Origin: Perna viridis
Lineage: Eukaryota
DNA length: 64,000 nucleotides
Direction of reading: 5' to 3'
Assembly: GCA_037379345.1 (NCBI GenBank)
Contig: CM074520.1
Coordinates: 16,719,488 to 16,783,487, forward strand
Below the pieces are notes generated by a model that had not been told where the DNA came from, made no database searches, and saw only the letters and a program-made list of their open reading frames with translations. The first letter of the stretch is position 1. Each line of letters begins with the position of its first letter. Both the position numbers and the translations under genes were made by a program. Shown in pieces: positions 53,295 to 64,000 of the stretch.

Positions 53295-53812
53295 TTGATT
53301 GATTGTTGGGGTTTAACGTCCGAGCAGCAATATTTCAGCTATATTCAGACGATGAACGTGAAATGGATGATAAAATAAATGAACACGAAATGATGATAAA
53401 ATAAAAAAGAGATGGGACACAAGGGCAACAGGGCCGACAAATTTAGATTGCCACTAGAAAAAGGGAGGGATGGGTAGGTTCGGGCAATTTAGCCTCCTGT
53501 GGCGGAGCGCAAAGGTTCCTACTCCTATCGAATACCACAGCAGGGTTCTTTAACGTGCGAGGAACGTGGCATCTTTCCCAACACGGTGCACCACAATGGT
53601 TTGCGGTCAGGTTTTCCGTATTATAGCCCGACAACCCCAGCATGTAATACGCCAGGGGTACCCCATTCCACTACCTGGGACACACATCCCAGTTACTCTG
53701 TGGCAGAGCGCCTAGCCCCCGGCTAGGTTTCTGAGCGCTATCTAGTCGCCTTTTACGACAAGCTTAGCGCTGCTGCAGGCCTATTCTTTTGACATCCGGA
53801 CTTGCACGGGAC
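53295..53812 (-). mobile_element. SINE-like retroposon with Meta/Deu-type central domain, (CAAT)n tail and 13-bp TSD
   Basis: TSD gtgatgataaata at 53282-53294 and 53813-53825; minus-strand core gcacgttaaagaaccc...ttcgataggagtagg...ggctaaattgcc; 3' end atagctgaaatattgctg...gacgttaaaccccaacaatcaatcaa; GC-rich relative to flanks. Confidence 0.82.
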
Positions 53813-54339
53813 GTGATGATAAATAACTTGACTGCATTTTAAAATACAAATCAAGATGTTGATTATATACATTAGAATACTTCAAATTTAGAAGTTCAGG
53901 ATCGGACATTAAAGGCAGCTCAACATATTTATATAATGTAATAGATTTAAACAGAGTTAATAAGAGTGCAGCGATTTATTATAAATCCATGGTAATTCAA
54001 CTATACATTAATGATAGATGAGAAAGATAGTAAACGATAGCTAGCTACAAATTCCAATCTATATCTCTAAACCAATCTAGACTAGACTCATCCTAGAAAC
54101 TCTAACTCAAGATACTCAATTGTCTCTTGTATGTATGTAAAGAAAAAACATTCTTGATCGTATATTGTATTTCAAAATAAGGCCATCAGTCACACATTTT
54201 TCTTGCAAGTATCACTTATTACGATATGTTAATTGCTTAATAGGCAAAGAGTAGAGCGGGGTATAAATAGATATTTATATGAATTGAATGTTTATCAAAA
54301 AATGAATTTCATCACATGCTGTTGTTCACTCATTCGGGA

Positions 54340-56665
54340 ATTAACACCGCCAAATTCGCAGACTGGGTACTGCAATACCTTACGGGTGCAATGACAACAT
54401 CAAAAGTATAAGAAACCTTTCAAGCCAATATAACAATAGAATAAATGTGATGAATTCATTCGACAAAATCCGAGACGGGAAAGGAGTCATGGCCATCGTC
54501 ACTATACGTCACCTTAGTTACATGATGTCTCCATAGGTGGTCTCCTCTTTCTTACATACAAAAACCTCTTGGACTTCATCACATTAGAACCAAACTTTAT
54601 TCTATACCTCTCACGCTACTACACTCCCTTTACAAAACAAATCTTGACACAAGTCAAAATGAAGAAATATGATAATTTCTTCCACTACCGTTTGTCAAAA
54701 AAGATATAGATGCAATTACTTTTGCTAACATCCTCCATCACAAAACATTACCAACAAAATTCCCACATATTTCAAAGACAAATTCATACAAATTATTTCA
54801 TATTCTTATACTTCACCCACTGCATCCAAAATTTTCAATTATAAAAGGCTATTGCAGAACCTCGAGATTGAGGACTTTAAGGCTAAACCACCTGACTGTT
54901 CTTGCAAAAACTCTCCACACATTGATTCTCTGTCAGAGTGGTTAAAGGAAGTGAGGTCATTAATTTTGAAACGTATGAACGTTTAAGTAGGTCAATGAGT
55001 GCAAAGGCTACATCAGTTTTCAAAGACCCGATGTAACAAAAACATTGTCTACTATACATGACAAATATTGTCGTACCAGCAGACAAAGCCCAAAACAACA
55101 CTGCTTTTGTCTGCAAAACATTTTACATCCAATGTTTATTATTAGAGGTAGAAGTAGAAATTAATGGCAGTGATACAATCTATACTGCTATCACACTCTC
55201 CAAAGAATGGAAAACCATAAATCTGTGCTATCCTCCTTTGGTCTCTCTACCAAGGACGATGATTGTGACTTACCGTCTATGTACTGGATTCTAAGCTCCA
55301 CAAGAATCCATACAAACAACGTTTCATAGGTGGATCTGCAAAATGTACAACAAAACCTCTTTCAATACTCTTTAACTTCTATACTCACAAATGTCAAAGA
55401 GGGTCTGCAGTCCTACCACAACACTTGTTACTCCCGTAGTGGTATTAATTCAATGTGGATCCTGAAAAATTCGAAAGATCTTTTGGAGACAATCAGTTCA
55501 AGACTATTATCTGAATATAATAGCGTTAAAACCTATGATTTGTCAAAACTGTATACTACTTCTCACCATTATCCCGACTTAAAAACATTATACATCGTTG
55601 TTTTTCCAAAAAAGATGATACACCTAGATACAAATATATAGTTCATGGTAGAGATTCCTCATACTCTGAAAGAAATAATTCCAAATCATCTTTCAAATAT
55701 ACAGAGGAAGATGTTTACAAAATGCTGGAAATTTAATCGACAACATATTTGTCCAATGTGGTGGATGTGTTTTTCAACTAACGGTCGACATTCCAATGGG
55801 AACAAATTGTGCTCCTTTACTTGCTGACCTATTCCTTCACTCTTATGAGGCTGATTTTATAGCTTATCTGATCCGAAAGAAAGAATACCGTTTGGCTAGA
55901 TGCTTTAATCTCAGTTTCCACTATACAGATGACGTATTATCTTTAAACAATCCTAATTTCGAGGATTTGATACATTGCATCTACCCCAAAGAACCTGAGA
56001 TAAAGGATACTACAGACACTGTGAAGTCAGCTTCATATCTTGACCTACACTTAAAAATTGATGGTAAAGGAAAACTATTGACCAAACTTTACGACAAACG
56101 TGATGACTTTTCATTCAAAATTGTTAACTTTCTTTTCATCTGTGGCCACATCTCTTCAGCACTTGCATATGGAGTCTTAATATCTCAACTCATAAGTTAT
56201 GCCAGAGCTTGCCGAAACTACGCAGACTTTTTGTTTCGCAGTAGAACTCTAACAAATAGGATTCTTCTGGAACAATGCTATTGAAGTCATCACTACAGAA
56301 GTTTTATTGTCGTCATCATGAACTCGTCGATCGTTATGGTGTATCCATCTGCACCATGAATACTGATTTATTCAACGGGTCATAGTTTTCCTTTCCTCTT
56401 TTGTCTACCCCGGACTTGACTTTTTATGAGCAACTCGGCGGGTGCTGCTAAAAAAAGAAGAGGACGCTTACCCTAATGGTGCACCCGGTCAATGTTCCTA
56501 GTTTTAAGTGGAGTCCGAGTTGCTCATTTGCTTTAATTGCTTTGTACGTATGATTTTAGTTACTTATGTTCTTTGTTGTGTATGTTTGTCTTCCATGTCT
56601 GGTCTTTGTCTCTAGATTACATTCTTTTGATTACCGCTATAACCTTGGTTCCCTTGATTACTCTT
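54340..56665 (+). mobile_element. PLE copy G (longest): GIY-YIG C-terminal remnant, linker, RT, 3' UTR; Naiad-type permuted domain order
   Basis: IRRLGTAIPYGCND at 54354-54395 (the LxTxxPxGxN end of GIY-YIG); linker KPLGLHHIRTKL, KIFNYK, KPPDCSC; RT motifs VVPADKAQNN, MGTNCAPLLADLFL, YTDDVLSLNN; stop at 56383-56385; 3' end gattactctt. Confidence 0.9.
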
Positions 56666-57282
56666 GCATCATACTTCTTGTGTTTGTCGGGATCAAGGGA
56701 TGCCATAAACCAGAGGATCATGATCGTTATCTTACGCATTTTCGTTCCCTTAAAAGAAAATATTCAGGAATAATTCGGATGCCGAACACAATGAGATCAT
56801 TAATGCAATAATTGTTCTATAAAACTGGTTTTAAAATGCGTCATAAAATGTCATTTTTAAAGTGTCATTTCACGGAGTAACTCAAAGATTCAAACACGCA
56901 ATGGTTATAATAGCAAGATTACACAACTAAAACTATCCATTTCATGATAGATGGTTGTTATAAAAGTTCAATTTAGTGGACTTACTGCTTTCCCATGTCT
57001 AATCAACCCGGTCGGAAAGGACGACCTGTAGTTACCCAAACATGGAAGTCATAATGGTAATTAATGATATCATTGCAATCCACACATACATAAAATCAGT
57101 ATTCGTAATACATGTCAGTTAACAGTTTGACAGTTGTCATAATCATTGGAATTTATGCACATCAGAAACTGGCTAATTGCTCATCTATGTTGTCAATACT
57201 TTCATGAATGGTTCCACTATCGATTGTTTATTAAATAACACCATTGAGTTTGTCTTCCTTGGTGGCGTGACCTCCACCTTGA

Positions 57283-57632
57283 GGTGACTCTAATACACTT
57301 TTCTTTGCTACAATGTTGACTAACCAACACGTGAAACCCATCCAAAACGTATTTAGAACATTCAACATGCTAAAGTGATTCATTCTTTTAACCTTAGGTA
57401 CCTAGGGGTGACTCTAGTACACTCTTTTGCTACACTGTTGACTAACCAACACGTGAAACCCTTCCAAAACGTATTCAGAACATTCAACATGCTAAAATGA
57501 TTCATTCTTTTAACCTTAGGTACCTAGGGGTGACTCTAGAACACTCTTTTGCTACACTGTTGACTAACCAACACGTGAAACCCATCCCAAAACGTATTAA
57601 GGACATTCAATATGCTCAAGTGATTCATTCTT
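57283..57632. repeat. ~122-bp tandem repeat, ~3 copies
   Basis: ggtgactcta at 57283, 57407 and 57529; each unit contains CACGTG; two units end in the palindrome taggtaccta. Confidence 0.93.
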
Positions 57633-58199
57633 CTAAACTTACGATGTTGAAGTTAAACAGGCAACTCCTGACTTCAACATACAATATCGATAGAAAAAAA
57701 TCGTAGCTCACTCCTGTATTACATGTATTACCCGCTTATTGATATTTTTTCTTTTACATTAATGCATGCAACAACAACAGAGTACAAGCACGAACATATT
57801 TCGTGCAAATATTCAATAACCTGTTTTCTTTGTACGCTTCTTATCATTTCTTGGTGTGTTTTGCCATTTGTTGATAAAGGATTACTAAATCTTGTGTTGA
57901 CTTAGTTTTATCATTTCTTTTGAGTTTTATTTGACCAATGAACAGGTTTTCAGCAGGATTTTGTTGTTTATAATCATTATTAATTTCATAACGAATTGCA
58001 GTGGCCGTATCATTAGAAAAATCTTATTGTAACAAATGCCCATAGTTTTATTTAGCATTTTATTCCATATTAGGTATGTCACTGTCAGAATTCGATAAAC
58101 AGTTCTTTTACCTCTGAATCTTTATGCATTTTTTATTTAAGGTTAATTTTCGGAGTCATGATTACAACTTCTTTCTGAATTAATTGTGTTTAAGTTGTT

Positions 58200-59100
58200 G
58201 GGCCATCTAACTGGTTTTTAACAATAAAAAATTGGTCCTTTCTTTACAATAATTCTAACATATGGTTGCCAATTAGCTTGCAGTTATTTTGTTTACTGTG
58301 AAATTGTAAATAAACAGAATCGCCTGCCTCAAATATAACTTTTTTAGCGTTTTTTGTCATCCTACTTAGCTTACCGTATCTTTGCTTTCTTTAAATGTTT
58401 ATAAATCATGCCAAAAGCTTTATGTTGTTTCCTGTACAGCAATTTGGTGTTCTCCTCCCCGATATTATGTTCTCCTCTTGGTTTTAAAAATATTATTGAG
58501 AGGCAAAATAGGATCTCTACCATATAAGAGATAAAATGGCGATAATTTAGTTGACTCATTTATATTGAACCTAATTGTAGCCAAATTTCGTTGTAAATAC
58601 AAATCACAACTTATCATGCATTTTCCTAGATAATACATAATTTATATTCTATTTTATATTCTAAGTTCTATGAAATCTCCCGATTTTAGTATTACTTTGT
58701 GGATGGTCAAACGAAGTTGTAATATGATGTTAATTTAAAATATCTGACACTTCTTTGAATACACGGCTTGCATTTTCACTACCATTATCAATCAAAATAG
58801 CAGAAAGACATGAGAACTTTGGAAATATCTCATCAATAATCAAATGCGCTATGTTAAGTGACTCTTTACTTTTAACAGTAAAAGCTTCTACCCACCCACT
58901 ATATAAACAAATGAAACTTATTATGTATTTATTTCCTGACAATGTTGTTAGATAAGGTCCTGACAAATCAAAGCCTATTTTAACGAATGAGAATGGTGGA
59001 ATGTCTGTTTTGCACAGGAGTTCTTTCCCAGCACTTCTCATTTGACAAATTTGACAGGCAATTCACTAGGGTACATACAGGTACGGATGAAATTCACATG
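58200..59100 (-). mobile_element. Ty3/Gypsy-like (or Ginger-like) integrase remnant
   Basis: CQIC zinc-finger half; PPFSFVKIGFDLSGPY, SGWVEAF, ILIDNGSEN (rve D,D); HPQSN; SPFYLLYGRDPILP; frameshifted; no LTRs identified. Confidence 0.82.
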
Positions 59101-59649
59101 TCAGGATTCAATGGCTTATATAGAAAATGCATGGTATGGTTCCTCGGTCTCCAAATCCTTTTTGTTGTCGGCGTACACCTTATTTATATGAGACTCCACA
59201 CTCCTACTGTGGTGTTGTTACGTACCATTGATTGGCCAAGTGAACAATCCTCCAATTGCAAGGCCTCACACTGTGGTGTTCACTTCCAAAATTCGGATAA
59301 ATGGCGCAGAATTTGAATAAACTAAATGACTACTATCATGAACGGGACCTAAACACAAGGGTAACAATAAGTCCCTCAACGCTAGCATATAAAGAAGTAT
59401 GAGGGGTTAAGAAATCGGGCCGAACTAAAGTAGGGTATGGAAAAAAGTGAGGAGGAACGATGCCTTCAACAGCTTTCCAACAATAACATACAATACAATA
59501 AAAACTCTTTCTAATTTAAATTTGCAATTCTAATTTTTTGCAAATCCCCAAATCTATACACCAAACTGTGCGGAATTAAATTGGAAAAACAAATATAATA
59601 ATTTCATTGTGGAGATAGTAAACATATTCTTTAAGTTTTGAAAAAAAGA

Positions 59650-59975
59650 AAAATTGGGAAAATTTATTCCAATAGGAAAACTTGATTTCCAATTGGAATA
59701 TCGACTTTCCAATTGGAAAACCGGTTTTCCCATTGGAAATTCACAATTTCCCATTGGAGAACGAGTGCTCCCATTGAAAAATTTCTTCTCGTAGGAAAAA
59801 AATTTCCCATTGGAGAAAATTTCTTCCAATTGGAGAAAATAAATCCAATCGGAGAATTTTTTTCCAATGGGAAAATAATTTTTCCCAACAGAATTTTTTA
59901 TTTCCAATGGGAAGTATACTTTCCAATTGGAAGATATAATTCTCAAGTTGAAGATAAAAATTTCGATTGGAATAC
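59650..59975. repeat. Array of ~15 short palindromes (TTCCAATTGGAA consensus) spaced ~19-21 bp apart
   Basis: cc(a/c)attgg-like cores near 59689, 59709, 59729, 59750, 59770, 59806, 59826, 59845, 59864, 59904, 59922. Confidence 0.85.
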
Positions 59976-60385
59976 ATATGATATTGAGGATAGCTTTAAT
60001 TTCTCCGTTATTTCATATATCCATGAAATAAAATGATTTGATTGATGTGCATGTATAAGTCATGAATTGCAAAGTAAACCTGCATTTTCAAATTACAAAA
60101 TTTTAATCAAATAAAAACAAATAAATGTACATGTACAGGTACAAATGCGTGTGATTTTATAGGGAACTAGTTAGCACATCTGCACATCTTTTTTCGTGAA
60201 AGGTATCCAAAAACTAAATATTTGATGAACTGATTTCCACTACATGATTTTTCTGAAGTCTTTCTATTCCATCTCATTTATTCGGCAATAAAATCACATG
60301 CTTCTTTATACAGCAGTCAGTAGAGAACTTATAAATGAGTTACAAGTAAACCTGAATCAGCCAAATGCGACGATTTTTCGTACCC

Positions 60386-60815
60386 TGTTGTCAACTTTCC
60401 TTTCATATCTGGCAACATCCCCTTAGCTCCTGCTTTTGGAATTTTCTTATAAATCACTCATACGTTATTCCAAAGTTTGCCGTAAAACACACAGACTTTC
60501 GTTCTGTGCTACACTTCTTATAATTAAGATTTTGGGTTATATGTTGTAACAAGATTGAAGTTATCACTACAGAAGTTTTATTGTCGTAATCATGAAGTCG
60601 TGGGTCGTGACGGTGTATATATATCCATCTGCACCATGAGACTTAACTTTTTCACCGTGTCTTAGTTTTCTTTCCTCTTTTGTCTACTCCTGACTTGAAT
60701 TTTAATGAACAACTCGGCGGGTGTTTCCAGGAAAGAAACGAATGCTTATCCTAGAGGTGCACCTGGTCCATGCTTCCAGTTTTTAGTGGAGCTCATTAAC
60801 TTTTGTTGCTTCGTT
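60386..60815 (+). mobile_element. PLE copy H (older 3' fragment)
   Basis: ttgtcaactttcctttcat..ggcaacatccc, cactacagaagtttta, caactcggcgggtgtttc, ggtgcacctggtccatgct. Confidence 0.8.
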
Positions 60816-61382
60816 GGTTATTTCTTTTTGTGTGTGTGTGTCTGTCTGTTATTACAATAATTACAAATTATGACTGACATCTTTGTTTAATGAAAATTAA
60901 GTTATCTGCCTATAATTTCATTTAATATCATTTTAAGAAGTATGTTGATTTTCTCATGTAATAATTTGTTTAAGAAATCCTGTGTGTTTAGAAGTGGTCT
61001 GATGTTTATTCGAAATTATTCCTTTCTGTCACAGCAGTTAAAGCCCATGTGATCCTGCTTACCACATCCTTTATACACAAACATCGTACATTATGAGGTA
61101 GCATGCAACAAGATGACTTACTACAAGCCATATAAAAAAATTGCCAAATATCTTAGGGAATCTTATACATAACGGAGGCTTTGCCTTTAAATGTACCTGA
61201 TGAATTACCTGCAAATACAAGATTTAAACACTGTTTAAGTCTCTAAATTTCCGAATCCTACCATGATTTTTAAGGTAAATTTGTATACTGTATTTGCTTT
61301 GTGCTTGTATACTTGAATAAACACGTTTATACTAAGTCTCTACATGAATTACTATAGTTAATTTCGATATACATACACGTAC

Positions 61383-61408
61383 GTGTGTGTGTGTGTGTGT
61401 GTGTGTGT
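61383..61408. repeat. (GT)n microsatellite
   Basis: Direct reading. Confidence 0.95.
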
Positions 61409-61991
61409 AGTTCCATCCCTCATAGTATAATAAATTCATAAATTATTATGATTTAATAAATTAGGTTAATTATAAATGATGTTTTCCTTCTTGCGAGATA
61501 TAAAAAGATGCACTGATTTCCGGCATGCTGGATTTGGTTCTACCCATCTTGACCATAAATGCCAGGTAATATAGCCTCATGCCATTCTGGGATTGATGTA
61601 TATAAATTATATATTTAATTGCTATAAAAACACAAGTAGCACGTAATTACATGTTTATTCGAGTTCTTATTTCGCCTTAGTTCACTCCAAATCTTACTAA
61701 GGCGAAATGGGAACAAGCCTTTGTTTTTACCATTCTATGTTTTGAAATTTTGGAAGTATTACTTCATAAATTAGGTAAGTCATAATTTCACATCCCTGTA
61801 CAATCTATCCCAATTTTCAGACTATAATTATTTGTTTATAAAACATAACCTGGTAGGTTTTTAAAATCTAACTTGCCAAGAAAAACTGTACAATTGTATG
61901 TATGTGTATAATATTACTTAAGAAGTTTATACTTAAAATTCTGATTAAACATTTATCTGCAATTTCTTTGTAAGGGAAATCAAGGTATAAC

Positions 61992-62097
61992 CAGGGGCGG
62001 ATCCAGGATTCTAGAATGGGTGCAATGTAGATACCTTTTGTGGTAAAATAAGCGAGAAATTAAAGTTTCAACCTCAAACGGCCTAGATCTACCCCTG
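61992..62097. mobile_element. PIF/Harbinger-type mini-MITE
   Basis: Termini caggggcggatccagg ... cctagatctacccctg (imperfect TIR, CAG/CTG boundaries). Confidence 0.65.
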
Positions 62098-62591
62098 ATA
62101 TCCCATGCTTTGCATATTTGGAGGGGGCACTATTGTTGTAAATATTTTATTTATGAATAAGTTAGAAACACAAATATCTGTCTGTCTGTTTGCACATTCG
62201 AATTTATTCATGTACAAGTTGAAGGAAACCCATGCTAAAGAAGTGCATATCAAGGCTGTCAAAAGACTTTTCGAATAAAAAAAAAGATAAAGCAATGCAT
62301 TTGAGATGGACACACAAAAAGATGTGTACCTAACTTATTAATCGGTACGTCTAAATACCGCTTAGCCCCGGCTAAGTGCACTTAGCCCCAAATATTGATT
62401 AATATCTATATTTTTGGAGGTTGGGATGAAAAGATATGTCAGATATGTTTATATATTTGAACTTTGTTTAGAGATATTGTTATTATATTTTAGGAAAAAA
62501 CGGTTTTTAAAACGGCACGCGCTGTCTGTGTGTCGGCAATTTCGTGTGCTATCATGCGTATACAAATTAACAAGTTAATCAAGCAATATAC

Positions 62592-64000
62592 GGCTTGTCA
62601 ATTAATTTATGATTAATTGTTTGTCTTCAATTATATGCAATAATGACCTATTCAATAGAATTGGCGAAAAATAAATGTGCACTAGCTTGGACAAATGGTC
62701 TTTGATGTTCATCTCATAAAAACATTTTAAGTTTAGACAAAGAACGATAAAGAATAAAATATAAAAACGGTCTTTTTTTGTCGCAATATTAAAAAGATTT
62801 CTTGTTTTGGTAAGATTTTTTGAGTAAAATTAAATATCATTTAAATATGGAACATCGGTATTCTGGACATTCATAGCGAGCGCATTTACAATATACAATA
62901 TAAATTTCACAAAATATACGAGATGTGGCGTCCTTGGGGATCACCAACTACGTCCGTTGATTATGACATGGTCTTACATAGATTGCAAGAGGTATATATA
63001 AATATATATATATATATATATTAATTATTATTAATTTAGATGAAAGATTGTTGTTTCTTTTTTAGGTAATGCATTGATCACTTTCCGTATTTACAATATA
63101 AATTATAGAATTATAAGATATGGAACGAAATAAATATCTGAACAAATTCTGACCGCTGAGTATATATATATCGCCCCCAATGTATCACCCGTCGTCTTGT
63201 TGCACATTGGAAATTAACTCAGTTAGTAAGATTTATTTGATCATTGTTTTTTTTTTTGTCCAGAAATATACCCCTTAAAAGAACGCAATGATCTGAATAA
63301 CTTCTGAAAACTAAGTTTGATTTTTGTCCGATGCTTGACCAGTAAGACTTTGTTCTTTTATTCATTTCGCTCCTAAAACACAAACAAAACAGCCATCAAA
63401 GTATCCTGGACATTTGATAAATAAAACAGAAACAGGCTTGTCAATTAATTTATGATTAATTGTTTGTCTTCAATTATATGCAATAATGACCTATTCAATA
63501 GAATTGGCAAAAAAATGAATGCGCACTAGCTTGGACAAATGGCCTTTGATGTTCATCTCATAAAAACATTTTAAGTTTAGACAAAGAACGATAAAGAATA
63601 AAATATAAAAACAGTCTTTTTGGTCGCAATATTAAAAGGATTTCTTGTTTTGGTAAGATTTTTTGAGTAAAATTAAATATCATTTAAATATGGAACATCG
63701 GTATTCTGGACATTCATAGCGAGCGCATTTACAATATACAATATTAATTTCACAAAATATACGAGATGTGGCGTCCTTGGGGATCACCAACTACGTCCGT
63801 TGATTATGACATGGTCTTACATAGATTGCAAGAGGTATATATAAATATATATATATATATATTAATTATTATTAATTTAGATGAAAGATTGTTGTTTCTT
63901 TTTTAGGTAATGCATTTATCATTATATACCCCTGAAAAGAACGCAATGATCTGAATAACTTCTGAAAACTAAGTTTGATTTTTGTCCGATGCTTGACCAG
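62592..64000. repeat. 843-bp-period direct duplication; second copy has an internal ~190-bp deletion and runs off the window
   Basis: ggcttgtcaattaatttatgattaattg at 62592 and 63435; near-identical sequence, including the TA tract. Confidence 0.93.

Noticed and set aside
53520-53580. HDV-like ribozyme at minus-strand cgt-tcctcgc-acg in the SINE
   Set aside because: The L3-like heptamer is present, but it is not followed by a P1 3' strand plus GG; it lies within the conserved SINE core motif gcacgttaaagaaccc.
56426-56527. SECIS element in the PLE 3' UTR (some Naiads encode selenoproteins)
   Set aside because: The ATGA is Watson-Crick paired with TCAT instead of forming the GA/GA quartet, and the spacing to the AA run does not fit.
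59554-60036. Four overlapping ORFs, or a CRISPR-like array
   Set aside because: The ORFs arise from palindromic low-complexity repeats; the cores (12 bp) and spacers (under 10 bp) are far too short for CRISPR, the context is eukaryotic and there are no cas genes.

Overview
AT-rich, repeat-dense eukaryotic DNA, most likely from a marine invertebrate (the repeat repertoire suggests a bivalve mollusc; inference). Only two intact host genes are supported, both with single-exon CDSs: a DUF229/alkaline-phosphatase-superfamily membrane protein (16200-18200, +), which has a decayed 5'-partial duplicate upstream, and an atypical orphan class A GPCR (36961-37992, -). The rest is mobile DNA. It includes at least eight 5'-truncated copies of one Penelope-like retroelement family, whose longest copy shows a GIY-YIG remnant N-terminal to the RT (Naiad-type architecture) and whose copies share a structured 3' UTR. 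There is also a 4.4-kb L1/Tx1 element with an 11-bp TSD, CR1 and Gypsy-integrase remnants, a Meta/Deu-type SINE with a 13-bp TSD and a non-tRNA head, several MITEs, and local tandem duplications. The most unusual object is a 2.5-copy, spacerless ~409-bp tandem repeat (12293-13357). Each unit has tRNA-like Pol III A/B boxes, and each unit's 3' end is complementary to the tRNA-like head of the next. The array has an inverted head fragment at its 5' boundary and abuts a Penelope-like copy. This suggests a retrozyme-like/circular Pol III RNA copied by reverse transcription, although no canonical ribozyme core is visible. All calls were made by eye; no database searches or folding programs were run, and boundaries of decayed elements are approximate.
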